From the NCBI GenBank assembly GCA_040954595.2, contig CM082578.2:3330831-3394830 (forward strand): 64,000 bases of DNA, given 5' to 3'. The stretch's first letter is position 1, and every line of letters begins with the position of its first letter. The translations under genes were made by a program, and so were the position numbers. This document shows, piece after piece, positions 37,001 through 63,398 of this stretch. The DNA comes from Balanoglossus misakiensis. Taxonomy: Eukaryota; Animalia; Hemichordata. Below the pieces are notes generated by a model. That model was not told the DNA's origin, did not search any database, and worked only from the letters and a program-made list of their open reading frames with translations.

Positions 37001-38629
37001 TAGACAGAATCACTTTTATCGATATAGCAATAGGATTTATGGAATACATAATGTAGAATAGAGGCCGAATTTTAGGTCCATTTGATAATTCGCAAATACA
37101 CATGATCATTGATAATTATGATGCCAAACGGATCAAAGGATCAAAGGCCAAACACGTGATGTGAGCGTTGCACCAGTACATCATATAATACTTGATCTAG
37201 TTGCTCCGACAAAATGGACGGCATTCTTGCTTACCACTAGTCTGAAAACAAAGCAAATTTTTCAAAATGCTACACATTATGAAAAAAGTAGATCTCAACA
37301 TTGGTCAAAAATGAATTGTAAGTGGAGGACCAAACTTCACCACTTTTGTTGTCGCAAAAGATACAGTGAAGAAGCAGATACGCGGATTGTTCTTAGTTCT
37401 ACACGCAATTGCAGCGTCTGATAGAGGGGCAAGATGACTCCTTACGTCAACTTGTCATATCAACAGAAATCATCTTGATAAGAATGTGCTAAATATGATA
37501 AAACTTTGTACATATTTAAACTGAAATACCATAGAATGGCCACAATATAAGTTGAATATAGTATTTTTACAGTAAAAGCATGCTGATAATGTATGTCCCT
37601 TTATAGCAATTGCAAATGCACGTTCGCATATTTCAAGAAATATACCTATTTTACTAAATCTTGAATTCATCAGCTCGCCATGGGAATTGAAAATGTCATC
37701 AAGCATTTTCAAACTCTCAGAACTTAACTTTAAAATGGTGTATGACACAAAATGTTGTATGGCCAAGTCAGAGGGTTCGTTTTTTTCTGGGGAGATCTGC
37801 AACACTAATTAGAGTTGGGATATTGAATTTTGACCCCATCTTTTGAAGGTGACCCTGAACATTAAATTTAAAATATCAAAATATACAAAATTATAGCATT
37901 CTAGATCCCAACAGTGTAGTAAACGCTCGCCGTAAAATGTCATTTTGAACCGAAATTTGAGGATGACCTTGACCTTGAACCCCAAAGTTCAATTTAGCAA
38001 TCAAAAGCTCGCATCCGACAATACAAGTTTGAGTGTTTAAATTTTATCTAAAGCTTAATTGGTGGCAAAGATATAGCGAGTTTCTTATTTTGGGGAATTT
38101 CGCAAAATCTTCTATCCGTCGTTATGGTTACAGAATTTTAATATAAATTACAACCAAAGACGAAAATAGGCCTATTTTTCTTAAAGCTAATATTCCTTGC
38201 TACCTGATGACCAATTTACAGCCTCTTCGAGCAAACCGTTTTCCAGTAAATCAAAACTATGTATGACCGATATGCAAAAAATAGCGAAATTTTCACTTTG
38301 ACCCCAAGTTTTGAAGATGAACTTGACCTCTGACCTTGTCGGTCGTGTAATAATTGGATAGCCCGTACCCTACTTTATAATACTGAATGTTTAAATTTTT
38401 TCTCTAGCTTTCTCAGAACCTGAAATATATCATTTTTTAACTGTATGAGTACCCCTAAAATTATGCTATCGTTACCATGACAACCGCTCCTCACGGCCAC
38501 ACCCACCATTAATATGAGTGCAAACAACCTGATTCTGACAGCTGGATAAATAGGCTTTCCAAAAATATATGTCTGCAAAACTCCTCAGGGGGGGGGGGGG
38601 GAGGGTTTCGGTCTCTGGCCCATGGACTA
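34097..38629. mobile_element. Academ DNA transposon, decayed, with long TIRs
   Basis: TAGTCCATGGGCCAGAGACC...GGTCTCTGGCCCATGGACTA termini and ~760-bp inverted arms. Plus-strand transposase remnants ANRTDYARYM, LKGAGGVIGL and EEADTRIVL at ~36280-37400. Confidence 0.85.
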
Positions 38630-39693
38630 TCAGAGCCTGAACAAAAGATCCAACTGTAGACACTCCTTCGGTCTGAGGATATTCAAAACCTACATAGCAT
38701 GCGAGATTTCTGAGATGAGTCTATGGTAGACATAAATGTATATATTATGCAGGGGTTGCTTCTTCAATCGTAATGCGTAACCCTATCGCCTATTTCCGTC
38801 CAGTTACAACTTGTGAACATGACCAGATATCTGTTTTTCGTGCAGTTGATATGATTTTGTCTATAGACGCTGATGCTCAATGTTGGTTAACTAAATGTTG
38901 GTATCACCTTGACCTATTTAAAACGCACGTTTAGTCACGTATTGCATCGTCGAAGATCGTCGAATTCAGAGGGTACATGCTCAGTTGTTAATTACATGTA
39001 GTTGTTACATAAGTGGCTGGTGTAAATCAAGTTGAATCATGGATGTATTTTTGAAAAAAGAATGTCTTTCCGCCTTTATTCTAAAACAGAGGTCATTAAT
39101 ACAATTGTAAGTGGCCATGTTGGCGCGTGAATGAAGTATTACAGATGGTACAAGTATAGACAATTAAACAAAGCTATCATGGACGACAGCTCTGTTGTAG
39201 TTGCTTTTTCCTGTTTGTGCTGCAAAGTTGACATTGATTAAAAGTGGCATACAGTAATTTTATTACGCACATTCGTTTGTTTCACCGTTTTCATTAACAT
39301 TATTTGTTCCCAGAAAATCTTGATCTTAGTAGAAATTGAAACTGTAATACTATTAGCCCATAAACATGTATGTACTGAAGTATATACAAGTATTATAAAC
39401 CCTATTCTATGTAAAGATTATTGTCGTCATCATATCTTGTCAAGCAGAGCAGACAATCGAAACACATATCAAGTTTATAGAAAGCGTAAATTATTACTTT
39501 TCTCTCTCTCACTGAAATCAGCTTGCATAATAAAGTTTCTTTTGTACAAGCCAAGGCACTTCTGAACACCAGATATAAAGTTCACAGCTTAACTGCAACT
39601 CACGCAGTAATCCATAAGGCTATCCATGTAGTTGTGCTACAAAAAATCGCGCAGAAAACGAATTTGAAGCTTTTGGATGTCATGTGAGTTCCA

Positions 39694-52267
<12,574 letters not shown>

Positions 52268-54280
52268 TTTGCCTTTTGAGGTTGGGCGTAGGTTAATTTT
52301 GGATGCGCAGCGATGAAACCTAAGGTTGGTCTGATAATCCAGGCGCGATCAACCCGGACAAGGTGCAGCGAAGAAAAGTAATAGTCTGGTGCCTATTTAG
52401 TTGCCCTACATCGAATGAACCCGGATAGAATAAAAGAAATCTAGAAACGTAAGAATGCGGATCAAGTGAAGCGTGCAATACACCCCCTGTTGACTCCGAA
52501 CATACCATTATTATATGGGCCGACTTTAAGTGGGGTGATCAGTGAAAATCCTGTGCGCTGCTCTGAGTTCATGTGAAACGGTGAATAACTTGCAGCGGTA
52601 GCACTGTCAATTTGCCGACAATTTCCAGTCGCTGCCGACAGTACTTTGAGCAAAAAACAAACACTTAACACGTCCACGTTGTCAATTCGCAACGGATTTC
52701 GAAGCTCAAATTTACCTCAGAGTCAGTTAATTCTCCAGAATTGATGAGTAAGAAATGGTGAATAAATGATCAACAAGTACTAGGCTTAGCAATCTTTCGC
52801 CGACACCTGACAATGAACGACAACATACAGTTGCAACTTTCTCACATTTCCACTACTAGTATTGTAAACTGTGGTAAATCTATTTCTTTTTTAGGGTTTA
52901 GAAGGCTTGTTGGTATTTCATTCTCTTTCAAAGAATTGTCAGTATGACTAATAAACGTCGGCGTAATGACAGCGCTACTGCTGTAGACTGACCATTTCCA
53001 TTTCACTTGTTGTCCCAACAGGCCTCTTGTCACCCCATTTCAGGTCAACCACCCCAATCCCTAATTTATAATCATGATATGTTCTCGTCAAGTAGCCTAG
53101 GGGTATGTTTGTATGCTGCTTCTCCATGCTGATTTAGGAGTGCGGGCCGAAATCTTAATTCCGTTTTTTTCTAGGAAATTTTGCGGGGATTTCCCATTCT
53201 ATCATCCTAAGTTCCTGTTTTGAGGCTTAAAAATCAACGAACCCTTTCCCTGTTGACCCCCCCCCCCTCTCCGATCGGTAAAAAACTATAGTGAGACACC
53301 GACTTTTGACAAGATCAAATGTGACGCTGTAGTGCAGTTTGTTTCAACCTCCAACAGGAGATCGCACATACATCGTCTTCAGAGAAATGTTAAATTTCAC
53401 ATGATTATTCGGACGACGTTTACAGTCTCAGTCATCTTATTCCTGTTATAAGTGTCGTTGTTTATTTTGTGGTCGCTTTCTCATTGTGTACCCGCCACAT
53501 GCACAAAGAAGCCGGTTGCCAGGTTTCAAGGCTATTCAGGACACTCAATGCCTCGTTCCGCTTCGGGAGTTATTGGTGCCACTGTGTCCAGCCAATATTG
53601 GTCAGGTTTATTTATTAGGCCTACACAGTCACTAAAAATGTCGAGGTAGCTCTGAAATACAACGGACACGTTGCGAAACGTTATCTCGGTTCTCGGTATT
53701 CGTTGAATTTTCTGTCTACCACTTAGGCTGTTTCCTTCGAGTGTTAGTTGAGGTCAAGTCGAAGGACAGGGTATGAGGGTGAACGTTTGGAAAGAAGGTG
53801 ACGTATGCCATCATATTCAGTCATTCGAAACGCGCGCAAATAGATAAGTTCAAATTCTCAAGCGTCAACATTTTGTTAAGGATAGCACGCCCCAGGGAAA
53901 GAGTTTCAGAAAAGTGGTTGTTCTTCAAACCTTTGTTATATTGAAATGTGTGAGCATTTCGTTTTGAAAAGAGAATAATCTAAAAAATACCTCAACAGGA
54001 AAGTTAAGACTTTGATTTTTATTTGTCAGAAATATAATGCTTATTACATTTTCTGGTTGCGTTGACAACGTAAATACTGGGTAATTCAATATGCTTTCGG
54101 TAGTAGAACTAGAAATTGTCATTCACACGGAAAGTAAACCCCAACGAACAAACACTGACAAAACCACGTGGATAAGAGTATCCACAATCGTATAGTTTAT
54201 GAATTTATTCTGTGATGTCTTTCGAATAAACATTAAGGGTCTCAATTGGTTAGGTTCTGCATGATTTTCGCTTCAGCATC

Positions 54281-55142
54281 TTAGTAAATGTATGCATCCG
54301 CCGGGGGCATTGTGTCATTGCACAGGCTGGGGTCATGTGACCTTCCACTCTGCAAATCACATATCATTCTGGCCTTGCAGGATGCGTCACACGTGCCAGT
54401 CACGTGGCTTTTGAAGAAAAATCTGTCGGACAAATGGACAGAAAAAGAAAGGTCAGTTACTGTTTTTTTCAAAATGAGGATAAACACAGAGATGGCGGCC
54501 AATTTGAATGGCAATTTTGAGTTCTGTCTCATTAAATTTCTCGCGCGATCTCCCAATTTTTTATTCTCAATTGTAAAAATGCTAAATATTAAGTCTTGTA
54601 CAAAATATGAGGAAATCTGAAGAAATACGAAGAATCATATCGAGGCATATATTAAAGAATCAATGCAAAAAGCGAAAGTTTATACTAAAAGGATCAATCA
54701 GGCATGTAACATGTACCTATAATATTTGTCGAAGAGTTGGTCGTTCCTTTTAAATTCCAGAACTGTAGCGTGCCAATCGCTTGGAAAGAGGTATTCCATC
54801 ACGTACGCATCCTTGGGTAAAATATAATAAATAAGACAATACACCAATGGACGTGTTTTTGGCAGTTGAAAGATTGTTTTTTGTCTGTTTATGCTGTTAC
54901 GAGGAGGATTGTGATGGCGAGGATGATGGCTCTAATGCAGTGTGAATAAATGCGGCCAACGATAGCGATGGTAGCAGTTGATGACGACAGTGAAGTTTGG
55001 TGATGATGATGATAATGAGGATGAGGATGATGATGATGATGATGATGATGATGGTGATGGTGATGACGATGATGATGATGATGGTGGTGATGATGACGAT
55101 GATGACGATAATGATGATGACGATGATGATGATGACGACGAC

Positions 55143-55177
<35 letters not shown>

Positions 55178-55469
55178 CGACGACGATGATGATGACGATG
55201 GTGATGATGATGATGATGATGATGATGGTGATGACGATGATGATGATGATGGTGGTGATGATGACGATGATGACGATAATGATGATGACGATGATGATGA
55301 TGATGATGATGACGACGATGATGATGACGACGATGATGATGACGATGATGATGACGACGACGATGATGATGATGATGACGATGATGATGATGACGATGAT
55401 GATGATGACGACGATGATGATGATGATGATGATGATGATGACGACGACGACGATGATGATGATGATGAC

Positions 55470-55521
<52 letters not shown>

Positions 55522-58500
55522 GCGTGTTATTGCACATCACTTAATCTAGCTTACCCTTGCGCTATATTCTTTGATCCACACAGGTTTGTCGGTCATGTTC
55601 GCTTCTGAGATATTCATAATGAACGTATGATGATTTAGAACCATCTGAAATCACAAAGTGAGATTCTCAAATAGGAAAATTTTCCACTCACGCCCGCAAC
55701 TCATCGGTCGCTGAACGTCGTGTGATAGCCTACAGTATTTCAAACCGAAAAATGCAATTATATAATTACAGTTACACCTGTGTTAGTGGGCACCTCTATA
55801 AAGTGTCCACCTCTATATTGTGGCCAATCCCTGTGCAATTTACATGTGCGTCAATTAACATGTCTATAAAGCCCACTTGTCTATTAATGCCAGTTTAGGA
55901 AAGTCCCATGACTGTCCGCTATAGACAGGTTTGACTTTACATGTATATAGATAGAACGCGACCCATTCAATGCAACAACTAAAAACGCCTGTTTTGTGCG
56001 AGCTGGGAGGGTTAGGTAGAACGGCTCCAATACCCTACCCTTGAACTGCCCTTGTAGTCTCCATCGATATCGTACACACGATAAGCCGGGTTCATCGTTG
56101 CCTGTGTGGTCACACTGCCGGCGACGTAGGCGATGCTAAGCGGCCTGGTGAGGGTTTCTTCGTCGTAGAATAACTCGAATGAGTCTTCGTGCGTGTGACC
56201 GAAGAACTGTCCGGAGATTGTACTTTCATACCTGTAGATGAAAATAAAGTTATTTCCTACCAAACAAAAAGGGAGGATATACAGTACGGTATATGTTCAT
56301 AAGTCATGTACTAGTAAATCGGCTTTTTTCTTTAACGTGTCCACTGGACTGTTTTCATATATAGGCCTAACTAATGTTCAATTTATACGAAAAATGCTGA
56401 CAGTTCTGCGTCATCACCCCGCCGATGTCATGCCTCCTTCACAAAACACAGGACCGGATAGGCTGCGTTATGTGGACGGCGTGTGACGATTTGGAGTTGT
56501 GAAAATAGATACAGGTAATAGTGTATTTGTCCGTAGATGGCGCACTCTGACACGTAAGATTTTGACGCACCTGTTGACAATTGTGTAGTAGTTCCAGCTC
56601 CACCGTTTGAGGCAGTCGTCGCTTCCAGGTGGTATATGGCCGATGATGAAAACCTTCTCGCTGTTGTCCTCGGCTGATTGGAGAACCGATATGAGCCACT
56701 GGAGTTGGTCCGCAGGGTCAGTGGTGTTCAGATAAAGCCAGCTGGAAAAGTCGTCACAAAGTGCAGGTGTTCGGGAAGAGAAATGGTGAGATTGAACGAG
56801 ACAAAACCAATACGAATCAACTCCCTGGGAATTCTCACTGCCATAAATAGGTTTTTTGCTACCGAGGTCAGTGATAGAAATATCACGTGGTCCACAGAAA
56901 TTCAATATGTCGGATTTCTACCATCTTGGGAGTTCAGAAAGCACATTTAATGTAAGATCATACAGAATTGCTGTTGCAGAAATAAATAAAATGTGTCAAA
57001 GTTAAACGAATTCTATATGCAACACAGGCAACACACCATCTCTTCAAGCACTTACGACAATTAATGAATTGTCGACGACCTTTTGTACCCACAGTTATTA
57101 CTAGTATAATATGATTGTATTCCCTGGCAACAAATGACGAAAAAAAGCCTCTATTCCCCAGAAAAATAAAATACAGCACTTACAAGTTTAAGTTGTAGCA
57201 ATACATGGTATTTATCGATGCAACTCGAAGGCCTGGTTTGATTAGAGTTGTATAATAACCTCCCCTACAGGAAAGCAGTTAAAACCTGCATATGAGAGGG
57301 TAATAAACACACAGGACGAAAATACATACCAAGAATCATATGCCGCCTAAAACTGTGTTTATCGTGTATATACGCTTATGTTAAATCTGAATACAGACAG
57401 ACAGGCAGGCGCAGACAGACAGACCGACAGACAGACAGTTATTGAGTCAGCCATGAGCACAAAATAGGCTTACTTCTTAATTGTTTCTCTGGTGTCCTTG
57501 GGTAGCCACCCCGTTTTCTCTATCCACGTGTCAGCTAAGCTGTTGTAAAGCCATTTTATGGAATGTTTGTCGTCTATGTCAGGGGGTGGAAAACTAGAAA
57601 AAGAACAGATTATACACATATTTAAGATTTTCACCACAATAACCAAACATTCGGTAGAGTGAGTGAGTGAGTGAGTGAGTGAGTGAGTGAGTGAGTGAGT
57701 GAGTGAGTGAGGGAGTGGACATGATTACTGTTGTTTAAACCACAGACAAAGAGAAAAACAGACTAGCAACGCTATTGTCAAAAGGTGTGAAGTACACTTC
57801 CTAATCCCCCTATGCATGTCTCAGCTCGCCTTCAAGGTGCAGCTTGTCTCCGAAGATTTCCGAACGTATCCACTTCGGCAATGTCCGGAATTTTCCCGAT
57901 TATAAAACGAAAGTGTTTTCGTGAAAGTTCGTGTTGTTGTTGTCAGTCAGCTGGGACGGAAGCCGAGTGGACAGCGAAAATTTGAGGAAGTTTGAGTATC
58001 GGAGAGATGAGTTTGACCATTGTAATAGTTTGTACGAACAATTTATGAATATATAATAAGTATGTTTGATCGCAAATTTCAAAAGGTTTGATCATCAATC
58101 TCGAATTTTTTGGAATGGATTCCGGTTCGCCAAATATTGTCCTTTGTAAATCTGCGAGGTTGTTAGCGTAAATAATACTTCTAACGTGTAAATATAGTTG
58201 TCGTGAAGTAGTGTTCAGTCGTGTCCTGAGTGCAAAGCGGTGCCAAGCAAGGTCATGGTACGATCTGTCAAATTGGATGTCAAGGAAAAGGCGATGTGTT
58301 GTTACTGTGTTTAATGTCGGTGATAGTTTCCATTGGGTCGTTGTATAGCATTTGCACTTAACAGACTTGCAGTTTGACGTTTGGAGCATGAAAACTGTAA
58401 GAAATTACCGCCGGCTATTCTAAGACAACAAGGGTTTCTTATGATATTATGTCATCGTTCGCATTGTTGGAAGCCATAGGTTGACACTGTAGGTTGCTGT

Positions 58501-61492
58501 CGATAAAATGACGCTACCGCAAAGTATTCTGGGAAATCTCGCCACAATTGTCGCATAATATCGTACAATAATGACGCATACGCGAGACCAACCCTGGTCT
58601 CCGCGGAGTCTGACACATTTGAAGCTTATCTCAGCCGTTGTTTATCGAGGCGCACATAACATCAAAGGGACATGCCGCGTTGCTAGTCTGTTTTTTCTCT
58701 TTGTCTGTGTTTAAACACAAAATAATTAAGAAGAACAGAGAAATGTGAACTACTACCATTTCCAGGATATTTTCAAGATGACGAAATAGTTCCAATCGGG
58801 TTTATGGTACAAGTCGGTCACAGACTGCACAGTGTATACGTACTTATTAGCAGGGGCGCTCTCGTGGTTTCCAACGGCGGGGAATATCGGTGTGTCCCTT
58901 AGGTAGTTGTTCATCTGATGGGTCACGTAGTGCAAGGCTTCCAGTTGGCCTTCATTGGTTTGGTTCCATACGTCATGCGGAGGGATGTCGCCGGTGAAAA
59001 GCGCGTAGTCAAACTAAATGGATCAAAAATGTTAAGTTTTGTTGTCGTGGTGTTTTTATTAAATCCAGACAACAATTTCCTCTCGCTGAAAATGTGTGCC
59101 GTAGCCTCTACTGATACATATATTTTCGATCGTTTTGGTCGTGTACGGTAGGGGGCTCTAGCTCTCGGCGACGATTCCTTATGGAGCGCCCGCACACGAC
59201 TGAATCTTTCATCGTGGCCAAATAGCGCGTGTTCAAGCGTTAGTTGTCTTTCCGAGCAAAATGCACGTAAACAGCTTTACAAATGTCTACAAAAGTAACG
59301 ATGTTTTTGAATCAAAATGTATAGTGTGACCACGGGCAAGAGCGAACGGACCCATCGGCCAATATGAGTATTAGTCTAAGCGCGGTCATGTCACTCCACT
59401 CTGTGGAGTGACTGTGGTCTAAGTTAGGGCGAATTCAGGTTTTTTGTCATTATAGTGTAAATCGCACTCTTCAATCACTATCTCACCTCTTTTCTCTGTA
59501 AATGATGAAATAGATTTTCTAACAACAATTTCGACGCGTCACAGTTTCGATAATCGCCCCATTTTCCGGCACCCTTGTGACCCTTGGCTAAAATAAAAGA
59601 TCATTGACCTTTGTTATTATCTATCAATAACGGAATACCGAGGCTGACTGAAATGAATAGGTTTGAATTAAAGAAGACCATAAGTGATGGATCTCAGGTA
59701 TGAAATTAGCAACAAGGTAATTAATTCATTCTTCGCGAGAATATAACAGTCAAGTATGAATGAATTTAACCGTATATGTATACTACCTAACCATTCATGG
59801 TGATTTATACAAAACAGACGGATCATGTTTTCAATTAAATTTCACTTTGTGTCAATATACTTAATTTTGGAGCTGAAGATCAGTTCCGGAATATTTCCAT
59901 TACCTGGTTTGCCGTCATTTTCCCTGCAGCATAGCGGTTCACCACACTCGGCATTGGAACCCGGTAAGTAATCCTTATCATAGTGAATGTCTGATATGTG
60001 AAGCACTCTCTCCTTCGGGAAGTGATGCTGAAATCGTCAGAGTGTTTTTGTGTTAGTCCGCAGGAATGTCTACAGTGGTAATTGTCTGCCTGAAAAATTA
60101 ACACTTCTTGAGGATGTGAATGTACATAGGACGATGTTTACCCACAATAATTATTGGCCATATTTGTTAATATGAAAGAGAAATTCTACCGAAAATCACA
60201 TAAATCGGGGTCGTCTTTACACTGCTATTCTTATTCAGGCATAACAAAATAATAATTATCGACTTTTTAATTTCATGGCGGTGTCAGTAAAGTTAAAAAA
60301 TTCACCCTCACCCCCAATACACAATAACATGGTGAGTTCCACTCCATGAAGAGTTAATTCGGGATTACCTTTGGAGGTTTGGGGGGAACCACTGGTGGTT
60401 TAGGGGTGTCAGGTAGAGTGATGTTCCAGGATTCGAAGGGGTCGTACGGCTTTGCACAGGTGGAGCCCAGCATCAGGCCACATAGTTCGTCGGGGCTGAA
60501 GATTAGTTTGTCGACAACTGTTATGAACCAATCCTTGTACACAAAAACACAAGAAAACGAGTAGTGAAAGAAGCGCATGCATTTTGTGGGTTTCCTCGAA
60601 TAATTTTCAAATACGAAAATTCAAGAAACTATGATCCACCGACATTGCTACAGTGCCCTAACTTAAGAGTTCGATCACATTTTCGCGAAAAGTAAAAACT
60701 TAAGCAGGTACATTTTCTCTGCCATTCTCGTGCGAACATATTATGAAAACAATAATCACTCCTTATAGTGACAATTGGCCATAGCAAATTTGATACGAAG
60801 CACCTCCCCCTGGTTCTCTCGAATTTGGTGTTATCGATGATGACAAATTACACTAACCCATCGTTTTTCATTACAAGATTTGTCGTTTGAATCAATTTGC
60901 TGAAAGTAAAACGGTTCAAATCACAGGCACTGGTCAAAGGTGCATATGTTATGCACTGCAGCAGACGCTTTGTTTCCAAATAAACAGACAAAAGAACTAT
61001 TGTACACTGGTATTCCTATAGCATGCCTACGTCAAGAAAAAAAAACATGATGTGGGCCTTTATAATGTTCTTTGCTAACCTCAGTTCAAGGACATTTTCT
61101 ATCGTCAGATCTTGTTGGCATTCGTCCTGCAAGCCCACGTTTCGAGTTGTACTTACCTGATATTCCGGAACGACTAGTTCGCAAACACGTTGGTCCTCCA
61201 CTTTGAGCTGAATGCAGACCTTGATGGCTTCCTTCACGATCTCGTCTCTGGTGACGTTCTCTTTCAACCTGGTTTGCACCAGAGTCACGCCAAACTTGCA
61301 CAGGTCACACGTCAGCCATGGCGGTGCCGCCGACACTGCCACAACGTCGTCGTTGTCGTCCGGATCCCACAGAACCTCGTTGTCTACGCCCTCACAGGCC
61401 CGTGAGAACGGTAACGGTGCTGCTGACGACGCGGGCGGTGATGTTGCCAGGGCAAGCAATGACGCGCACAGGAAAAACATTCTAAAAATCAT
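54281..61492 (-). CDS. SMPD1: Acid sphingomyelinase (signal peptide, saposin B, metallophosphoesterase), 11 coding exons
   Basis: CDLCK...CIQLK...VCELVV saposin; [12 protein letters not shown] linker; [61 protein letters not shown]; GT-AG introns in consistent phase. Confidence 0.95.
54998..55520. repeat. (GAT/GAC)n trinucleotide tract in an SMPD1 intron
   Basis: ~520 bp, with an internal higher-order duplication of an ~80-bp variant block. Confidence 0.95.
55769..55937. mobile_element. Degenerate TA-target MITE (Tc/pogo-like)
   Basis: TA|CAGTTACACCTGT...ACAGGTTTGACTT|TA with internal CACCTCTAT repeats. Confidence 0.55.
57656..57715. repeat. (GAGT)n microsatellite
   Basis: Direct read. Confidence 0.95.
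57741..58709. mobile_element. ~970-bp non-autonomous DNA transposon (P-element-like, tentative) in an SMPD1 intron
   Basis: ~32-bp TIR CACAGACAAAGAGAAAAACAGACTAGCAACGC; TTTAAAC duplicated at 57734-57740 and 58710-58716. Confidence 0.8.
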
Positions 61493-62261
61493 TGTGATTC
61501 GAAAATGCCCGCCGATGCACACAAAGTTTATAACAAACCTGTTACAACTTGGATTCCAACCTTTGATCCTTTTATTGACAATTATTTGTCTTTGAGATAA
61601 GTCACGGGTCATCTGGAAATCTGGGCCGAAGTCATATTGTGTACAAAAAAATGGAGGTCGGATTGGGAGACAAACCACAAAGTTATTCGTCTGCAAAGGA
61701 CATCCAAAGTTCGAGGTCATGTTGAGATTATCCGTTGCCTAGGGACATTAGGGCCTGGTCAGAATTAACAGGGGGGGGGGGGAGGCTAGTGCGATTCGAA
61801 ATCTGAATGCATGAAAAATACTGACCCTCCACTCATTTCTTGCACGAAAAATGCTGACCCTCCCCCTTCTCCATGAACAAAATCAAGTGACCCTCCCCAC
61901 AGTACGTGAAATATCCCATGATTCATTCTGATTTTACAAACAATAACACAGTTATACGCAGCGTGCAAGTCACAGTCCGTACACACCTTGGAGAAAATCC
62001 GCGCGTGAATGGTCACGCTTCATTTTAAAACAACAATAAATGTTATGCAGTAACCACCAAACACATTCGGATGAGACAGCTCAAAAGTGAACTGTTTGTG
62101 TTTGAAACCACGAACCCGTCAGGAATTACATGTACAGATGCCAACAACAAAGTCACCCGCAGCATTTTTTCGTCCAGTCATTGACATAGCCGTGCCACGC
62201 AGAGCTGTCATTAAGACTTTCTTCGGTTAACGACACAGAAAAAGATAATACGTTTACTCAC

Positions 62262-62585
62262 CTTGGCGCATATAAGACGATTATCTTGTAACCTTTTAAT
62301 GCCAAGGTCGTGCACCCAGCCACAAACGAAAAAGTTATAGGCCTCCAAACTTTTGAAAGCCTTCATTTCATTTTTCGTGTAAAACGATGACTGCAACACC
62401 AGATAATTCGATATATCGGGGAACTGCAGATCTGGCAAATCTTTCAGGTCGGTTGAAAGTTCCTTCGATTTTATGGCATACGGATCCACACCACCGCATA
62501 ATGATATCTTGGACTGATATCGTGCTTGCACTTTCGGTTCTAGAGTGTTTACATACTCGGACAAACTTTTACTAGATTCCGCCAT
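62262..62585 (-). CDS. First exon of a SWIM-family transposon accessory gene (orphan, rest deleted)
   Basis: MAESSKSLSEY...GVDPY...LPDLQFPDISNYLV...KAFKSLEAYNFFVCGWV...ICAK|GTGAGT, the N-terminal module that precedes SWIM in this family. AACATGGCG start context. Confidence 0.7.
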
Positions 62586-62735
62586 GTTGTTTGCCCGTCA
62601 CCTAGAAACGGGCCATATGCATTTGCCCGTCATCTGGAAACAGGTCACATGACCAGATTACGTGATTGATAGTAAAGAATTACTCAGTCAAACCAGGCAA
62701 AGTTCACATGTGTAGAGAAAATTGTAGACCACTAA

Positions 62736-63398
62736 GGCTGCATTCACAAACACCTCTGGAGGGGGGAGGGTCGGGAGAATTCATTTTTTTACCGTTAATT
62801 GTCACATGCCCCCCGTACACAACCCGAAATATTTTAAAATCCCCGCTATCGAACTGCTAAAATTTTGAAATCCCCCCCATATATATATAAACAGCGCTCC
62901 CATGAAAAGAATTTGAAACTGATGTATTCCCTCATCAGTGGGTATTCTGTGTTGGCAGACATTGTAAACCGAGAAGTGAAGGGGGTGGGCCCCAAGTTAG
63001 AAAATTGTATAAAATACAGAGCTCAAAGGTGCATTTTAATGAACCCAAAAGCAAATTAACTCAACTACCTGTATGTTGGGGAGGGCAAATTTAACCTTCG
63101 CCGCTCAAAGTTAACATGGGGGGACACTAGATAAACCAGTCAATGATTAAAATGTGTTGATGAATGAAGGGGTTGGTGTGGGAGGGGGTGTTCCCCTCCC
63201 ACATTAGAAAAAAATGAATTATGAAGGGTTCAAAACTGCATTTTTGAGGACTCAAAATAAATATTTAGTCCTCAAAGTTTTCAAGTCCCCCCTTTCAGTC
63301 CCTAAATTATTTCAAATCCACCTTACACATACCCTCAATTTTTCGAATCCCCCCTCAATTCTCCCTTCCCCTCTCAAGAGGTGTTTGTGAATGCAGCC
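62736..63398. mobile_element. PIF/Harbinger (Tourist-like) MITE, 663 bp
   Basis: 22-bp TIR GGCTGCATTCACAAACACCTCT; TAA TSD at 62733-62735 and 63399-63401. Confidence 0.9.

Noticed and set aside
54932-55608. Poly-Ser/poly-Asp/poly-Met ORFs
   Set aside because: Translations of an intronic (GAT)n tract; the flanking SMPD1 exons join without it.
61598-61612. CLEAR/TFEB element upstream of SMPD1
   Set aside because: GTCACGGGTC lacks the CACGTG core.
61016-61720. 234-aa single-exon ORF
   Set aside because: It is SMPD1 exon 1 read through into the 5' flank and intron 1; the donor follows PEYQ at ~61158.
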